From assembly GCA_050253415.1 (NCBI GenBank), contig JBFWJC010000001.1:256001-320000 (forward strand): 64,000 nt of DNA. The letters are read 5' to 3'. Below the pieces are notes generated by a model, which was not told the origin of the DNA, did not search any database, and was given only the letters and a program-made list of their open reading frames with translations. Each line of letters starts with the position of its first letter. Within the stretch, counting starts at the first letter, position 1. Shown one piece after another: positions 9,105-18,280 of this stretch. A program made the position numbers and the translations under genes. The DNA is from Pedobacter sp. (lineage in GTDB: Bacteria > Desulfobacterota > Desulfuromonadia > Desulfuromonadales > Syntrophotaleaceae).

Positions 9105-10712
9105 TCAGTCGCCGCAGGTATTGTTCTCCATGTGAATACTGCGGATGAATGCCGCATCGACACTGGCGGAGAGCTGATCGATAACTTTGGCTGGTGCCGG
9201 GGTGTCGAGTGACAGTACCACCATGGCTTCACCGGATTTGGCTCGGCGTCCAAGATTCATGGAGCCGATATTGATGCCGGCTTCACCGAGGATGGTGCCG
9301 ATTTTGCCGATCAGCCCCGGCTTATCCGCATAACTGATCACCAGCATATGTTCTTCGGGCTGAAAGTCGGTGTTGAAATCACGCATTTTGACGATCTTGG
9401 GCAGACCCTCAAAAATTGTTCCGGCCACGGTACGCTTGCCCGCAGGGGTCATCAGTGAGATGGTGATCAGATTCGAGAAAGATTCGGCTTCGGTAGAACA
9501 TACCGTTTCAACGGTGATCCCCATCTGCTCGGCGATGAGCTGCGAGTTGACCATGTTGACATCCTGCTCGGTGGAGCGGTTGAGCAGGGCCGCAAGTCCG
9601 CAGACGGTCAAGGGCGAGCAGTCGTAACGCGCCAGCTTGCCATTGTAGGTAAAAGTCACCTTGCTGGGATTGGCCGGGGCCAATTGCACGATGAACTCGC
9701 CCATCTGCTGAATCAATGACAAAAACGGCTGCATAACCTGCATCAGGTCGGCATCAAACTTGGGAATGTTGACCGCACTTTCAAGGGGCTGGCCGTCAAG
9801 GTAACGGACGATCTCCTTGCTGACATCCACAGCCACGTTTTTTTGTGCCTCGAAGGTGTTGGCCCCCAGGTGGGGGGTGACGACCATAAGCGGATGATCG
9901 ATCAATTGTTTGACCGTTTCCGAGGTGGGAGGTTCTTCGCTGAAAACGTCAAATGCCGCACCCCGTACTTTACCGCTTTGCAGGGCAGCGAGCATGGCCG
10001 CTTCGTTGATAATTTCTCCCCGGGCACAGTTAACGATGATCACGCCGTCCTTCATGGCATCAAAGTGGCGGCCATTGATCATGTCGATGGTTTCCTGGTT
10101 GCGCGGGCAGTGCAGGGTCAGGATGTCCGCATAACGCACGATATCATCCATGCTCACCAGTTTCACGCCCAGGTCTTCACCCCGCTTGGGAGAAATATAG
10201 GGGTCGTAGGCAATGACGTTCATTTCAAAAGCTTTGGCACGTAGAGCCACCCGGCCTCCGACTTTACCCAGACCGATAATGCCGAGGGTTTTGTCTTTGA
10301 GTTCGCAGCCGGTAAAGGGAGCGCGCTTCCATTCTCCCTTTTTGAGGGAGGCGTTGGCAATGGGCACGTTGCGACACAGCGAAAGCATCAGAGCCATGCT
10401 GTGCTCGGCAGCGGAGTTGACGTTGCCGTAGGGCGCATTGACCACGATGATGCCGCGGCTGCTGGCAGCATCGACATCGACATTGTCGATGCCGACCCCT
10501 GCCCGGGCTACGATTTTCAGGTTGCGGCCGTGATCGAGCAAAGCCGCGTCAACCGTGGTGCCGCTGCGGGTGATGATGGCATCGAAACGGCCGACAATGC
10601 GATGCAGTTCTTCAGGGGTAAGTCCCAGGCGCACCTCAAGCTCAATACGTGGGTCATCGAGCAGCGGTTGCAGACCTTCTTGGGAAATTTCGTCGCTAAT
10701 CAGGACCTTCAT
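9105..10712 (-). CDS. serA: D-3-phosphoglycerate dehydrogenase
   Basis: RAGVGIDNVD, GLGKVG, NCARG and TPHLGA motifs, with C-terminal ASB and ACT (DKPGLIGKIG) domains. Confidence 0.95.
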   Translation of the reverse strand: MKVLISDEISQEGLQPLLDDPRIELEVRLGLTPEELHRIVGRFDAIITRSGTTVDAALLDHGRNLKIVARAGVGIDNVDVDAASSRGIIVVNAPYGNVNSAAEHSMALMLSLCRNVPIANASLKKGEWKRAPFTGCELKDKTLGIIGLGKVGGRVALRAKAFEMNVIAYDPYISPKRGEDLGVKLVSMDDIVRYADILTLHCPRNQETIDMINGRHFDAMKDGVIIVNCARGEIINEAAMLAALQSGKVRGAAFDVFSEEPPTSETVKQLIDHPLMVVTPHLGANTFEAQKNVAVDVSKEIVRYLDGQPLESAVNIPKFDADLMQVMQPFLSLIQQMGEFIVQLAPANPSKVTFTYNGKLARYDCSPLTVCGLAALLNRSTEQDVNMVNSQLIAEQMGITVETVCSTEAESFSNLITISLMTPAGKRTVAGTIFEGLPKIVKMRDFNTDFQPEEHMLVISYADKPGLIGKIGTILGEAGINIGSMNLGRRAKSGEAMVVLSLDTPAPAKVIDQLSASVDAAFIRSIHMENNTCGD

Positions 10713-10922
10713 GGAGATTCCTTGCTGTTAGGGGTTGTGCAACGGGCAGTTGCTCATGAAAGTCCCCCTTCGGGATTCATGCTGCATGTGCACACCCTTG
10801 ATTTTTATCTTATGGAAAATACTGTATTCCTTTCCGATAGATACCCTTGCAGATTATCCTGATACCCGGATCGGATTTTGAGTAGATATGGATCGATAAT
10901 TTTGAAAAAGAGGCAACTATAC

Positions 10923-10963
10923 AAAAAAACGGCCGGCCTTTCAATAAGTAAGAAGGCCGGCCG
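10923..10963 (-). terminator. Intrinsic terminator of the aroF operon
   Basis: CGGCCGGCCTT/AAGGCCGGCCG stem followed by T7 on the minus strand. Confidence 0.75.
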
Positions 10964-10977
10964 ACAGTTAGGAAAAG

Positions 10978-11238
10978 TTACTTGATGATCTTAAGATGGC
11001 CTGGGCCGGGAGAAGGCGCCGGTGGATCGGGTAGCGGTTCCGGTGTGGCAGCCTCTCCGATAACTGGCAGAGTGCCGTCCTGCAGCATCCTGTCGACGGA
11101 TGCGGCTATGGTCAGGCATTGTTTCATACATACCCGTCGCACCGGGCAGGTGCTGCAATCAGCCTCTCCACCGGCAATACGTAGCGCATGGATGACCAGG
11201 GCAACGCTTTCGGGCTGGGTCAGGGGAATCATAAACAT
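10978..11238 (-). CDS. Small Cys4 hypothetical protein with a Pro-rich linker and HLKIIK tail
   Basis: ATG 11238 with GGGAG RBS. Contains CSTCPVRRVCMKQC and lies between aroF and the terminator. Confidence 0.7.
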   Translation of the reverse strand: MFMIPLTQPESVALVIHALRIAGGEADCSTCPVRRVCMKQCLTIAASVDRMLQDGTLPVIGEAATPEPLPDPPAPSPGPGHLKIIK

Positions 11239-11263
11239 GTGCGTATCTCCCGGCGTCCGGATC

Positions 11264-12283
11264 TTAAAGGTCACGATCGGCGGCCGCGGCGAAGCGGCGC
11301 AGTTTTTCCATGACGGCGGCGAATCCTGCCGGGGTCAGGGACTGGGGTCCATCGCAGGACGCCGTTTCCGGATCGTTGTGAACTTCCACCAGCAGGCCGT
11401 CGCAACCGGCGGCTACCGCCGCATAACACATGGCCGGCACCAGGCTGGCATGGCCGGTGGCATGGGATGGATCGATCACCACCGGCAGGTGGGTCTGTTC
11501 CTTCAGCAACGGCACAGCGGACAGGTCGAGGGTGTTGCGGGTAGCGGTTTCGAAAGTGCGTATGCCGCGTTCACATAACACCACGCGCTGATTGCCTTCC
11601 GAGAGGATATACTCGGCGCTCATCAGAAATTCCTGGATGGTGGTCGACATGCCGCGTTTGAGCAGTACCGGTTTGTCCTGCTGACCGAGCAGGCGCAGCA
11701 GGGGGAAGTTCTGCACATTGCGGGCACCTACCTGCAGAATGTCGGCATAACGTGCCACGAGGTCGACATCGCGGGGATTGACCACTTCGGTGATGATAGG
11801 CAGGCCGGTAGCTTCGCGTGCGGCTGCCAGCAGTTTGAGCCCTTCCTCTTCCAGCCCCTGGAAAGCATAAGGGCTGGTGCGGGGTTTGAATGCACCGCCA
11901 CGCAGCACCTTGGCACCGGCGGCTTTGACCGCGCGGGCTGTTTCCAGCAGCTGCGATTCCCCTTCCACCGAACAGGGGCCGGCCATGACCAGAACTTCGC
12001 GGCCGCCGATGGTAACCCCGGGTGCCAACTCAAAAACGCTCGGTTCGGGGCGGATCTCTCTGCTGGCCAGTTTGTAGGGCTTGAGGATTGGTACCACGGC
12101 TTCCACGTTGGGCATCGATTCCAGCGATTGCAGTACCGCTTTGCCGCGTTCGTCGCCAATGGCGCCGATCACGTCACGGGTTTCGCCGTGGATGACATGC
12201 GCTTTGTAACCCAAATCGCGGATGCGTTTTTTGACTTCTGCCAGGGCTTCTTTGCCGGCGCCCTTTTTCATGACGATAATCAT
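11264..12283 (-). CDS. aroF: 3-deoxy-7-phosphoheptulonate (DAHP) synthase, type I-beta with N-terminal regulatory domain
   Basis: [32 protein letters not shown] and DPSHATG motifs. Confidence 0.93.
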   Translation of the reverse strand: MIIVMKKGAGKEALAEVKKRIRDLGYKAHVIHGETRDVIGAIGDERGKAVLQSLESMPNVEAVVPILKPYKLASREIRPEPSVFELAPGVTIGGREVLVMAGPCSVEGESQLLETARAVKAAGAKVLRGGAFKPRTSPYAFQGLEEEGLKLLAAAREATGLPIITEVVNPRDVDLVARYADILQVGARNVQNFPLLRLLGQQDKPVLLKRGMSTTIQEFLMSAEYILSEGNQRVVLCERGIRTFETATRNTLDLSAVPLLKEQTHLPVVIDPSHATGHASLVPAMCYAAVAAGCDGLLVEVHNDPETASCDGPQSLTPAGFAAVMEKLRRFAAAADRDL

Positions 12284-12346
12284 GGTTTCAGCTCCTCTGG
12301 TGTCTGGGGGGTTGGTCGGCTGCCGATCGTTTTCCCCTAAACCTCC

Positions 12347-12392
12347 AAAAGAAAAACCACGGGTGAGCCAGTTAGCATCAACCCGTGGTTTT
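12347..12392 (-). terminator. Attenuator terminator upstream of aroF
   Basis: AAAACCACGGGT/ACCCGTGGTTTT stem followed by TTTTTCTTTT on the minus strand. Confidence 0.8.
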
Positions 12393-12421
12393 GTATGAAT
12401 GTGCTGTGGGGCGCTACGTCC

Positions 12422-12514
12422 TCAGACACCAGCCGCGGGTCGATGGTTCATAAAGAACCCAAAAAACCCGAACCAAAAGAAAAAGCTGATGTTGAGAAGC
12501 GTCTGCGCCTGCAT
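12422..12514 (-). CDS. Phe-rich attenuator leader peptide (30 aa)
   Basis: MQAQTLLNISFFFWFGFFGFFMNHRPAAGV* has 8 Phe and 1 Trp within 11 codons. AAGGGA RBS; lies upstream of the terminator and aroF. Confidence 0.85.
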   Translation of the reverse strand: MQAQTLLNISFFFWFGFFGFFMNHRPAAGV

Positions 12515-12618
12515 GGTGATCCCTTATATTAAGGTGAATGTCCTACCACTAGCAGATCACCACTTTAAAAGCAAGTAAAAACAAACTGTTGCTGTACCTT
12601 GCTAGGAGCCTGTCATGC

Positions 12619-14049
12619 CTATTCCTCTTCATCGGACGAATCGATAAAGCGTTGCAGCCAGCGATGAACATCGTTGCGACGGATTTCGGTTCGCAGGTGC
12701 ATCATGCGTTGCTTACGTTCTTCCGGCTCCATGCTGAAAGCCTCATAGATGGCATCGGCCGTGCCGTCGGTATCGTAGGGGTTGACCAGTAAAGCATGCT
12801 TGCCGAGTTGATCGGCGGCGCCGGCAAACTCGCTAAGGATCAACACGCCGTTGTTTTCCACCGAGCTGGCACAGTATTCCTTGGCAACCAGGTTCATGCC
12901 GTCCCGCAAAGGGGTGATCAGGGCGATTTCCGAGGTGCGGTAGCGCGCCAGCAGTTGTTCGCGTTCCAGACAGCGGAAAACGTAGTGAATCGGTACCCAT
13001 TCCGGTTGACCAAAGCGGGCATTGATGCGCCCTGCCAACTGGTCCAGTTCCTCTTTAAGGTTGGCGTAATCGGGTACCAGGGTGCGGCTGGGGATGACAA
13101 CTTGCATCAGCGAGATGCGCCTGATCAATTCGGGATATTTCTCCAGTGCCCTTTCAAAGGCCAGAAACCGTTCCGGAATACCCTTGGTATAATCAAGCCG
13201 GTCAATGCCCAGCACCAGTTGGCGGCCGCGCAGGTTTTCGTGCAGATACCAGGCAGCATCTTCAACCTCGCGAGAGCGTGCGCCCTCATCAAATTCATTG
13301 AAATCGATGCTGATGGGATAATGTCCGACCTTGATAACACGCTTGCCATATTGCAGCAGGGTGTGATGGCGTTTGCGGGTCAGGGTCTCAAGCTCAGGCA
13401 CCAGCATGCTGGCAGTTTGTACGAAGTTGCGGCGGTCACGCAGGGTCTGGAAGCCGATCTGATCGTAAGCCAGCAGTCCCCTGATCAATTCGGTCTTCCA
13501 TGGCAGGCGCCGATACAGGTCCGGCGAGGGAAACGGAATGTGCAGGAAAAAGGCGAGCCGATCCCGCATGCCCAGCTCTCGCAGATGTGATCCGACCAGC
13601 ATCAACTGGTAATCGTGTACCCAGATAAAGTCATCGGGAGCGGCATTTGCGGCGACCACTGCGGCGAATTTCTGATTGACCGCCTCATAAGCTTGCCATT
13701 GGGGCAGGTCAAAACGGCAGAAACCAAGCAGGTCGTGAAACAGCGGCCAGATGGCAGAATTGGAAAAGCCGCGATAATAGCGCTCCACTTCATCTTCACT
13801 GAGGGGCACCGGAACCAGCTGATAACCCTGCTTCTCTTTAAACTCACGCAGCAGGCGATCCAGGGGGGCATCCGTATCGCAACCGGGCCAGCCGATCCAG
13901 ACACCGTGATTTTCGCGCATCACCGGTGCCAGGGCGGTGACCAGACCGCCTGTGCCGGGTTTCATGGACCATCGATTCTCGGTCTGACCAATGACCGTTG
14001 GCAGCCGGTTGGAGATGATCAACAGACGTTTTTCGTCGTTTTGAAACAT
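12619..14049 (-). CDS. otsA: Trehalose-6-phosphate synthase
   Basis: [43 protein letters not shown] and LSEFAGAA motifs. Confidence 0.92.
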   Translation of the reverse strand: MFQNDEKRLLIISNRLPTVIGQTENRWSMKPGTGGLVTALAPVMRENHGVWIGWPGCDTDAPLDRLLREFKEKQGYQLVPVPLSEDEVERYYRGFSNSAIWPLFHDLLGFCRFDLPQWQAYEAVNQKFAAVVAANAAPDDFIWVHDYQLMLVGSHLRELGMRDRLAFFLHIPFPSPDLYRRLPWKTELIRGLLAYDQIGFQTLRDRRNFVQTASMLVPELETLTRKRHHTLLQYGKRVIKVGHYPISIDFNEFDEGARSREVEDAAWYLHENLRGRQLVLGIDRLDYTKGIPERFLAFERALEKYPELIRRISLMQVVIPSRTLVPDYANLKEELDQLAGRINARFGQPEWVPIHYVFRCLEREQLLARYRTSEIALITPLRDGMNLVAKEYCASSVENNGVLILSEFAGAADQLGKHALLVNPYDTDGTADAIYEAFSMEPEERKQRMMHLRTEIRRNDVHRWLQRFIDSSDEEE

Positions 14050-14097
14050 GGAGCAACCTTCCTTTTTCGGCATGGAAATGAATGGATTGAAACGTGT

Positions 14098-15360
14098 TCA
14101 GCCGACCACTACCCGCTCCCGACAGCCATCCTGAAGGCCAACCAGCAAGGTCAGGTATTCCCGCAGGTGACGTGTATTGAGAAAATTGTCCATCACGAAC
14201 TGTCGGGCCCGGTCACCGATCTGCCGCCGCAACCGCGCACGAAGCAGCAGATAGCGGATGCGCAGGGCAGCGCCTTCCGGTGTACGCACCAGAAAACCGG
14301 TATAGTGATTGAACACCTGCAGGCGGATGCCACCGGTGTCGCCGCCGATAACCGGCTTGCCTTTCCACATCCCCTCCGCCACGGTCAGGCCGAAGCCCTC
14401 GCGGATCGATTTCTGGATGACAATATCCGAGGCGCGCTGCAGCGCGTTGATGGTTCGATGCGCATCGGGGGGCAGCAGCAAAACATGGATATCCGGGTCG
14501 TTTGCGGCGGCCTGTTGAACCTCCTGCAGGACCGCCATCCCTTCCGGATCATCGCTCGCCTCGCCGCCTGCCAGCACCAGCTGCAGCGGGGTCAGCTTGG
14601 CGGCCAGCCGATAAGCCTGAATTACGCCCACAGGGTCTTTAAAGCGGTCATAACGGGAAACCTGCAGTACCATTGGCCGCTCCGGGTCGAGCCCGAATTG
14701 GGAGTAAATCGCATCGATTTCAGCCGGGGGAAGGTCACGGTTCTTATCGCTCAGCGGGTCGATACTCGGCGCAATGATATATTGCGGGTGCGGCAGCGGC
14801 TGCGCGAATTCCGGCAGGGAGAAAATACTGGCATCGTAGGCTCCCAGTTGCGACCGCAGATATTTCCACACGGGCCGAAACGGATGACTCGCATCGATAT
14901 GGCACCGCCAGATCCACTTGCCGCGCCGCTTTGGAAAATGAGACAACAGGGCCGCGGGCTGGGGATCGTGAATAAAAACGAAATCCGCCTGTTCGAGAAC
15001 CGGCCTGAGCTGTTCCGCGCAGCGGGCATTGGTCTCTTCGTAGGCTTTCAGCAGGGACTCCGGGATATGTACGTCCAAACCCTGCAAAGCGTTATGAAAG
15101 CCCTTGGTGCATTCGTAAAAAGCCGGTGAACCGTTAATAACCTCCCAACTTGCATCGATCCCCAGAGCTTGTTTGAAAGGGATCAGCTTTTGCAGGATTT
15201 CCGCCACCCCACCCCCTTCTCGGGTCGAATTGACATGCACGACTTTGGCCCCTTTCAGGGGAGCCGCAAGTTGCTCCAGGTGCTGGATAACGTTGTTGCC
15301 GGTTACCTGCGCATAGTGTGCAAGAAAATCCTGGTTCTGTTTGTTGTGGCGGAGGGCCAT
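14098..15360 (-). CDS. treT: GT4 trehalose synthase (TreT-like glycosyltransferase)
   Basis: HVNSTREGGGVAEIL, IHDPQP, WRCHID, QVSRYDRFKDP and EGFGLTVAE motifs. Confidence 0.8.
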   Translation of the reverse strand: MALRHNKQNQDFLAHYAQVTGNNVIQHLEQLAAPLKGAKVVHVNSTREGGGVAEILQKLIPFKQALGIDASWEVINGSPAFYECTKGFHNALQGLDVHIPESLLKAYEETNARCAEQLRPVLEQADFVFIHDPQPAALLSHFPKRRGKWIWRCHIDASHPFRPVWKYLRSQLGAYDASIFSLPEFAQPLPHPQYIIAPSIDPLSDKNRDLPPAEIDAIYSQFGLDPERPMVLQVSRYDRFKDPVGVIQAYRLAAKLTPLQLVLAGGEASDDPEGMAVLQEVQQAAANDPDIHVLLLPPDAHRTINALQRASDIVIQKSIREGFGLTVAEGMWKGKPVIGGDTGGIRLQVFNHYTGFLVRTPEGAALRIRYLLLRARLRRQIGDRARQFVMDNFLNTRHLREYLTLLVGLQDGCRERVVVG

Positions 15361-16034
15361 CAGCTTTGCTCCTCAAAAAACGTCTGAAACAGGCTGGCAA
15401 CATGGGCACGGATTTCTTCAAGGGACGAAAAATAAGGATCGAAGCCGCATAGACGTTCAATCAATCCCTGGTAGCGGTCACCGAATCCGGCTAGCCACGC
15501 CGAAAAATCGTCGCAACGCTGTTCGGTGCGGCTGCGAGCGTCGATGAAGTGGTAGTAGATGCAACCCGTCGACAGGGTCGGCAAGTAGGACACCAGATCA
15601 ACCGGACCGTCAAACCGCAGGCCCGTATCAAACACCACAATCTGGGAGTGCAAAAAGTAAAACTGCTGATCAGCGCGGGCCCAGGGGATCATTTCACATT
15701 CGTCCAGGCGTTGCTCCACCGTGTCGACCAACTCCAGTCGCAATTGCTCGAGGCTGTCGAAGTCTGTCGGCAGCGTCATGCTCAGGCGTTCGGCCAGCGT
15801 TTTATCATGCAAGCCACGATAGGCCCAGGAGGCAAAATCGTTGTTGTATTCAGGCTCGTCGAACTGTGGGCGCAACAGTCTTCCCCAGAAATGATGGCCG
15901 ATACTGGCCAGCGGGATTTTTTCCAGCGCATCCCGGAACTCTTTGAGGTTCTGCACCTTGATGCCTGTCGACAAGGTGATCAGAGCGCAATCTCTTACCT
16001 CAAAAGGTGATATGGCAGGTACGGCAGGTTTCAT
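15360..16034 (-). CDS. DUF5752-like protein (TreT-associated)
   Basis: Two internal repeats (HHF...NDFASW and YHF...DDFSAW). The stop overlaps the treT start; GGGAG RBS before ATG 16034. Confidence 0.7.
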   Translation of the reverse strand: MKPAVPAISPFEVRDCALITLSTGIKVQNLKEFRDALEKIPLASIGHHFWGRLLRPQFDEPEYNNDFASWAYRGLHDKTLAERLSMTLPTDFDSLEQLRLELVDTVEQRLDECEMIPWARADQQFYFLHSQIVVFDTGLRFDGPVDLVSYLPTLSTGCIYYHFIDARSRTEQRCDDFSAWLAGFGDRYQGLIERLCGFDPYFSSLEEIRAHVASLFQTFFEEQS

Positions 16035-16243
16035 GGGACTCCCGTTGCGAACAGGTCCAGCCGGGGTTGGAACTCCTCCCCGGTCATCCATCTTCTCACG
16101 ATGGTTGAATTATTCATGCAGACCAGGAGGTGGCGCTCTTGGTCTGCCTTGATTTTTGCACTGTAAGGGGACAGTGAAAGAATAGCATAAGCCATCGTAG
16201 TGGCAATTTATTGGCTCAGTTTATCGGCCCTTTATGTTTTTGC

Positions 16244-16272
16244 TTGACAGCAGCGGTCGAATTCTTTATAAA
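16244..16272 (+). promoter_or_regulatory. tRNA-Phe promoter
   Basis: TTGACA-N17-TATAAA, 13 nt upstream of the tRNA. Confidence 0.7.
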
Positions 16273-16285
16273 CGGAACACTCATT

Positions 16286-16362
<77 letters not shown>

Positions 16363-16369
16363 AAATATC

Positions 16370-16402
16370 AAGGGGTTACGGCGTTTGCTGTGACCCCTTT
16401 TT
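16370..16402. terminator. Element-supplied terminator after tRNA-Phe (convergent with the integrase)
   Basis: AAGGGGTTACGGC/GCTGTGACCCCTT stem followed by a T-run. Confidence 0.6.
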
Positions 16403-17480
16403 ATATTTGTGCTTGAGAGACGTGAACTAATCGTGAAGTGGATTTTTCAGAGAGGGCGTGGTTCAGAAGGTCAACCGCTGCCACTTTATGAGAAGGGGCA
16501 AGGTGCGCATAGCGCAGAGTCATTGATAGAGTCTTGTGCCCCATCAGTTCCTTTACAGTAGTAATGTCCACGCCTGCCATAACCAAGTGGGAGGCAAATG
16601 TATGTCGCAGGTCGTGAAAGCGAAAATCTTTAATACCGGCCCTTCTACAGGCTGAGTAAAAAGACTTTTTTACGTCTCCGTACCGCTTACCAGTTTTAGG
16701 ATTGAAGAAGACATAGGGTACGTCGATTCGTCTGATCTGCGACTTCAAAACCTTCAGAAATGCTTCGTTTATCGGTATCTCCCTTCTCTCTCCATTTTTT
16801 GTTGTGTCCAGCAGGATGAAGTTGTGACGAAGGTCTATATTCTGTTCCCATTTCAGGGTCAGAATTTCATTCTTACGCATTCCCGTATTTAGTGCAGCAA
16901 TGACAATTGGTTTAAGGTGAGGGTCGCAGGCTTTGATAAGTTCTTGAGTCTCTATTGCTGATAGGAAGCGTAACCGACGGTTATTTTCCTGTAGCAACTT
17001 AACCTTTCTGGTCTTTTTTAAAACCTCCTCTTCTACCATTTCCCATTCTTCGGCTTTGGTGAACATGTGTTTCAGCGTAGCTAGTAGACGGTTGACCGTC
17101 GCGGGTTTATTGAATTTCAGTCTTTCTGTTTGGAATTGCTCAATTTGCAATGTGTTAAATTGCCGTAGTGGCAGGGGCCCAAAGGTGTCAACCAATTGTT
17201 TGATTTTGCGAGCTTTAGTTTTAAATGCTTTCTGACGTTCGCACCATGGTAAATATTTTTCAGCAAGTTCGCTGAACGTGTAGTTTTTTATCTTTTTTAT
17301 CTCAGGATTCTTCCCCTCCATAAGCATTTGCCGGTTTTTGGTAAGAATCGCCTGAGCTTCTTTGAAGTTCGTTGTACCTGAGCTTTTACGAATCGTTTTT
17401 CCGGCAAGGTTTTGGTAGGCAATCCAATAATTTTTACTATCAGGTCTTTTGTAAACCCCCTGAGTCCGAGTTCGTGCCAC
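16401..17480 (-). CDS. Tyrosine recombinase/integrase
   Basis: Intact catalytic residues: TGMRKNEI, TKNG, HDLRH, LMGH and RYAH. Likely GTG start at 17480 with AAGGAG RBS (the ORF track uses TTG 17498). Confidence 0.95.
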   Translation of the reverse strand: MARTRTQGVYKRPDSKNYWIAYQNLAGKTIRKSSGTTNFKEAQAILTKNRQMLMEGKNPEIKKIKNYTFSELAEKYLPWCERQKAFKTKARKIKQLVDTFGPLPLRQFNTLQIEQFQTERLKFNKPATVNRLLATLKHMFTKAEEWEMVEEEVLKKTRKVKLLQENNRRLRFLSAIETQELIKACDPHLKPIVIAALNTGMRKNEILTLKWEQNIDLRHNFILLDTTKNGERREIPINEAFLKVLKSQIRRIDVPYVFFNPKTGKRYGDVKKSFYSACRRAGIKDFRFHDLRHTFASHLVMAGVDITTVKELMGHKTLSMTLRYAHLAPSHKVAAVDLLNHALSEKSTSRLVHVSQAQI

Positions 17481-17691
17481 TCGTGTCTCCTTTTCCAATA
17501 ACAGGTTCGTTGGTTAGGTCCTTCGCAATATAGTCCATTAAAAGTTGGAGCGTTGTACTTGGTTTTTTCACCCCCTTTTCCAGCATGTACACGTAGTTCT
17601 GACTAACGCCCAGTCGTTCCGCCAACTGGGCTTGAGTTAAACCAGCGCTTTTCCTGAAACTTTGAATATCTTCTGGAGACCACTTATCCAT
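17440..17691 (-). CDS. Small XRE-family HTH protein
   Basis: RKSAGLTQAQLAERLGVSQNYVYMLEKG...PS; overlaps the integrase start. Confidence 0.85.
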   Translation of the reverse strand: MDKWSPEDIQSFRKSAGLTQAQLAERLGVSQNYVYMLEKGVKKPSTTLQLLMDYIAKDLTNEPVIGKGDTSGTNSDSGGLQKT

Positions 17692-17697
17692 GGTTTA

Positions 17698-17726
17698 ATT
17701 ATACCCTAACTGAGTTAGATTATCTA
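17698..17726 (-). promoter_or_regulatory. Promoter of the HTH-integrase unit with an internal palindromic operator
   Basis: TAGATA-N17-TATAAT with the ATG 7 nt after the -10. The palindrome CTAACT-G-AGTTAG (17706-17718) lies in the spacer. Confidence 0.6.
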
Positions 17727-17806
17727 ATAGTTTCTAGGTTCACGTTTTGCTTCACATGCTACAGTATGTAAGCGAAATTACATGATGTTTTTGGTGGATC
17801 TGGGGA

Positions 17807-18136
17807 TTAACAATCCTCTGTTCCCTTGTTGCCTAGGTATCGTTTTGCCGGGTTAACTGGCAGCGGCTTTACAGCAGTCTCTTCCATCCAGCGATCTATA
17901 GACGATTTTCTGAACTTAATTAAGCGTCCGGTTTTCATATAAGGGATGTTGTGTTGTGATACCTTTTTATAAATCCAGTCCCTGCTGACGTTGAGATATT
18001 TGGCAAGGCCCGCTACATCGTAAAACTGGTCCGGTTCACTGCTTTTCGATATTGAAAGCAATGGCTTTAGATATTTTGCGACATCCAAGGCAATAGCCTT
18101 GAGTTCTTCTTCTCCTAGCTGAATAGCAAGTTGCAT
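17807..18136 (-). CDS. Excisionase-like HTH_17 DNA-binding protein
   Basis: YDVAGLAKYLNVSRDWIYKKV...IPYMKTGRLIKFRKSSIDRW is a typical Xis/HTH_17 pattern. Confidence 0.85.
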   Translation of the reverse strand: MQLAIQLGEEELKAIALDVAKYLKPLLSISKSSEPDQFYDVAGLAKYLNVSRDWIYKKVSQHNIPYMKTGRLIKFRKSSIDRWMEETAVKPLPVNPAKRYLGNKGTEDC

Positions 18137-18280
18137 ATTGACTCCATATTTAGGGTTTTAATGTAGTTAATGTTGTCTTAACTTGATAAGGGGTGGTGGG
18201 GGCGGTCTATTATCTGCAAACCGCCCCCTTGTCTTTCTGGGTATCAGAGGCCCACCCACCGTATTTTGATAAGCTATTAA

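Noticed and set aside
13615..15129. 504-aa plus-strand ORF
   Set aside because: Antisense to treT/otsA, which have clear family motifs.
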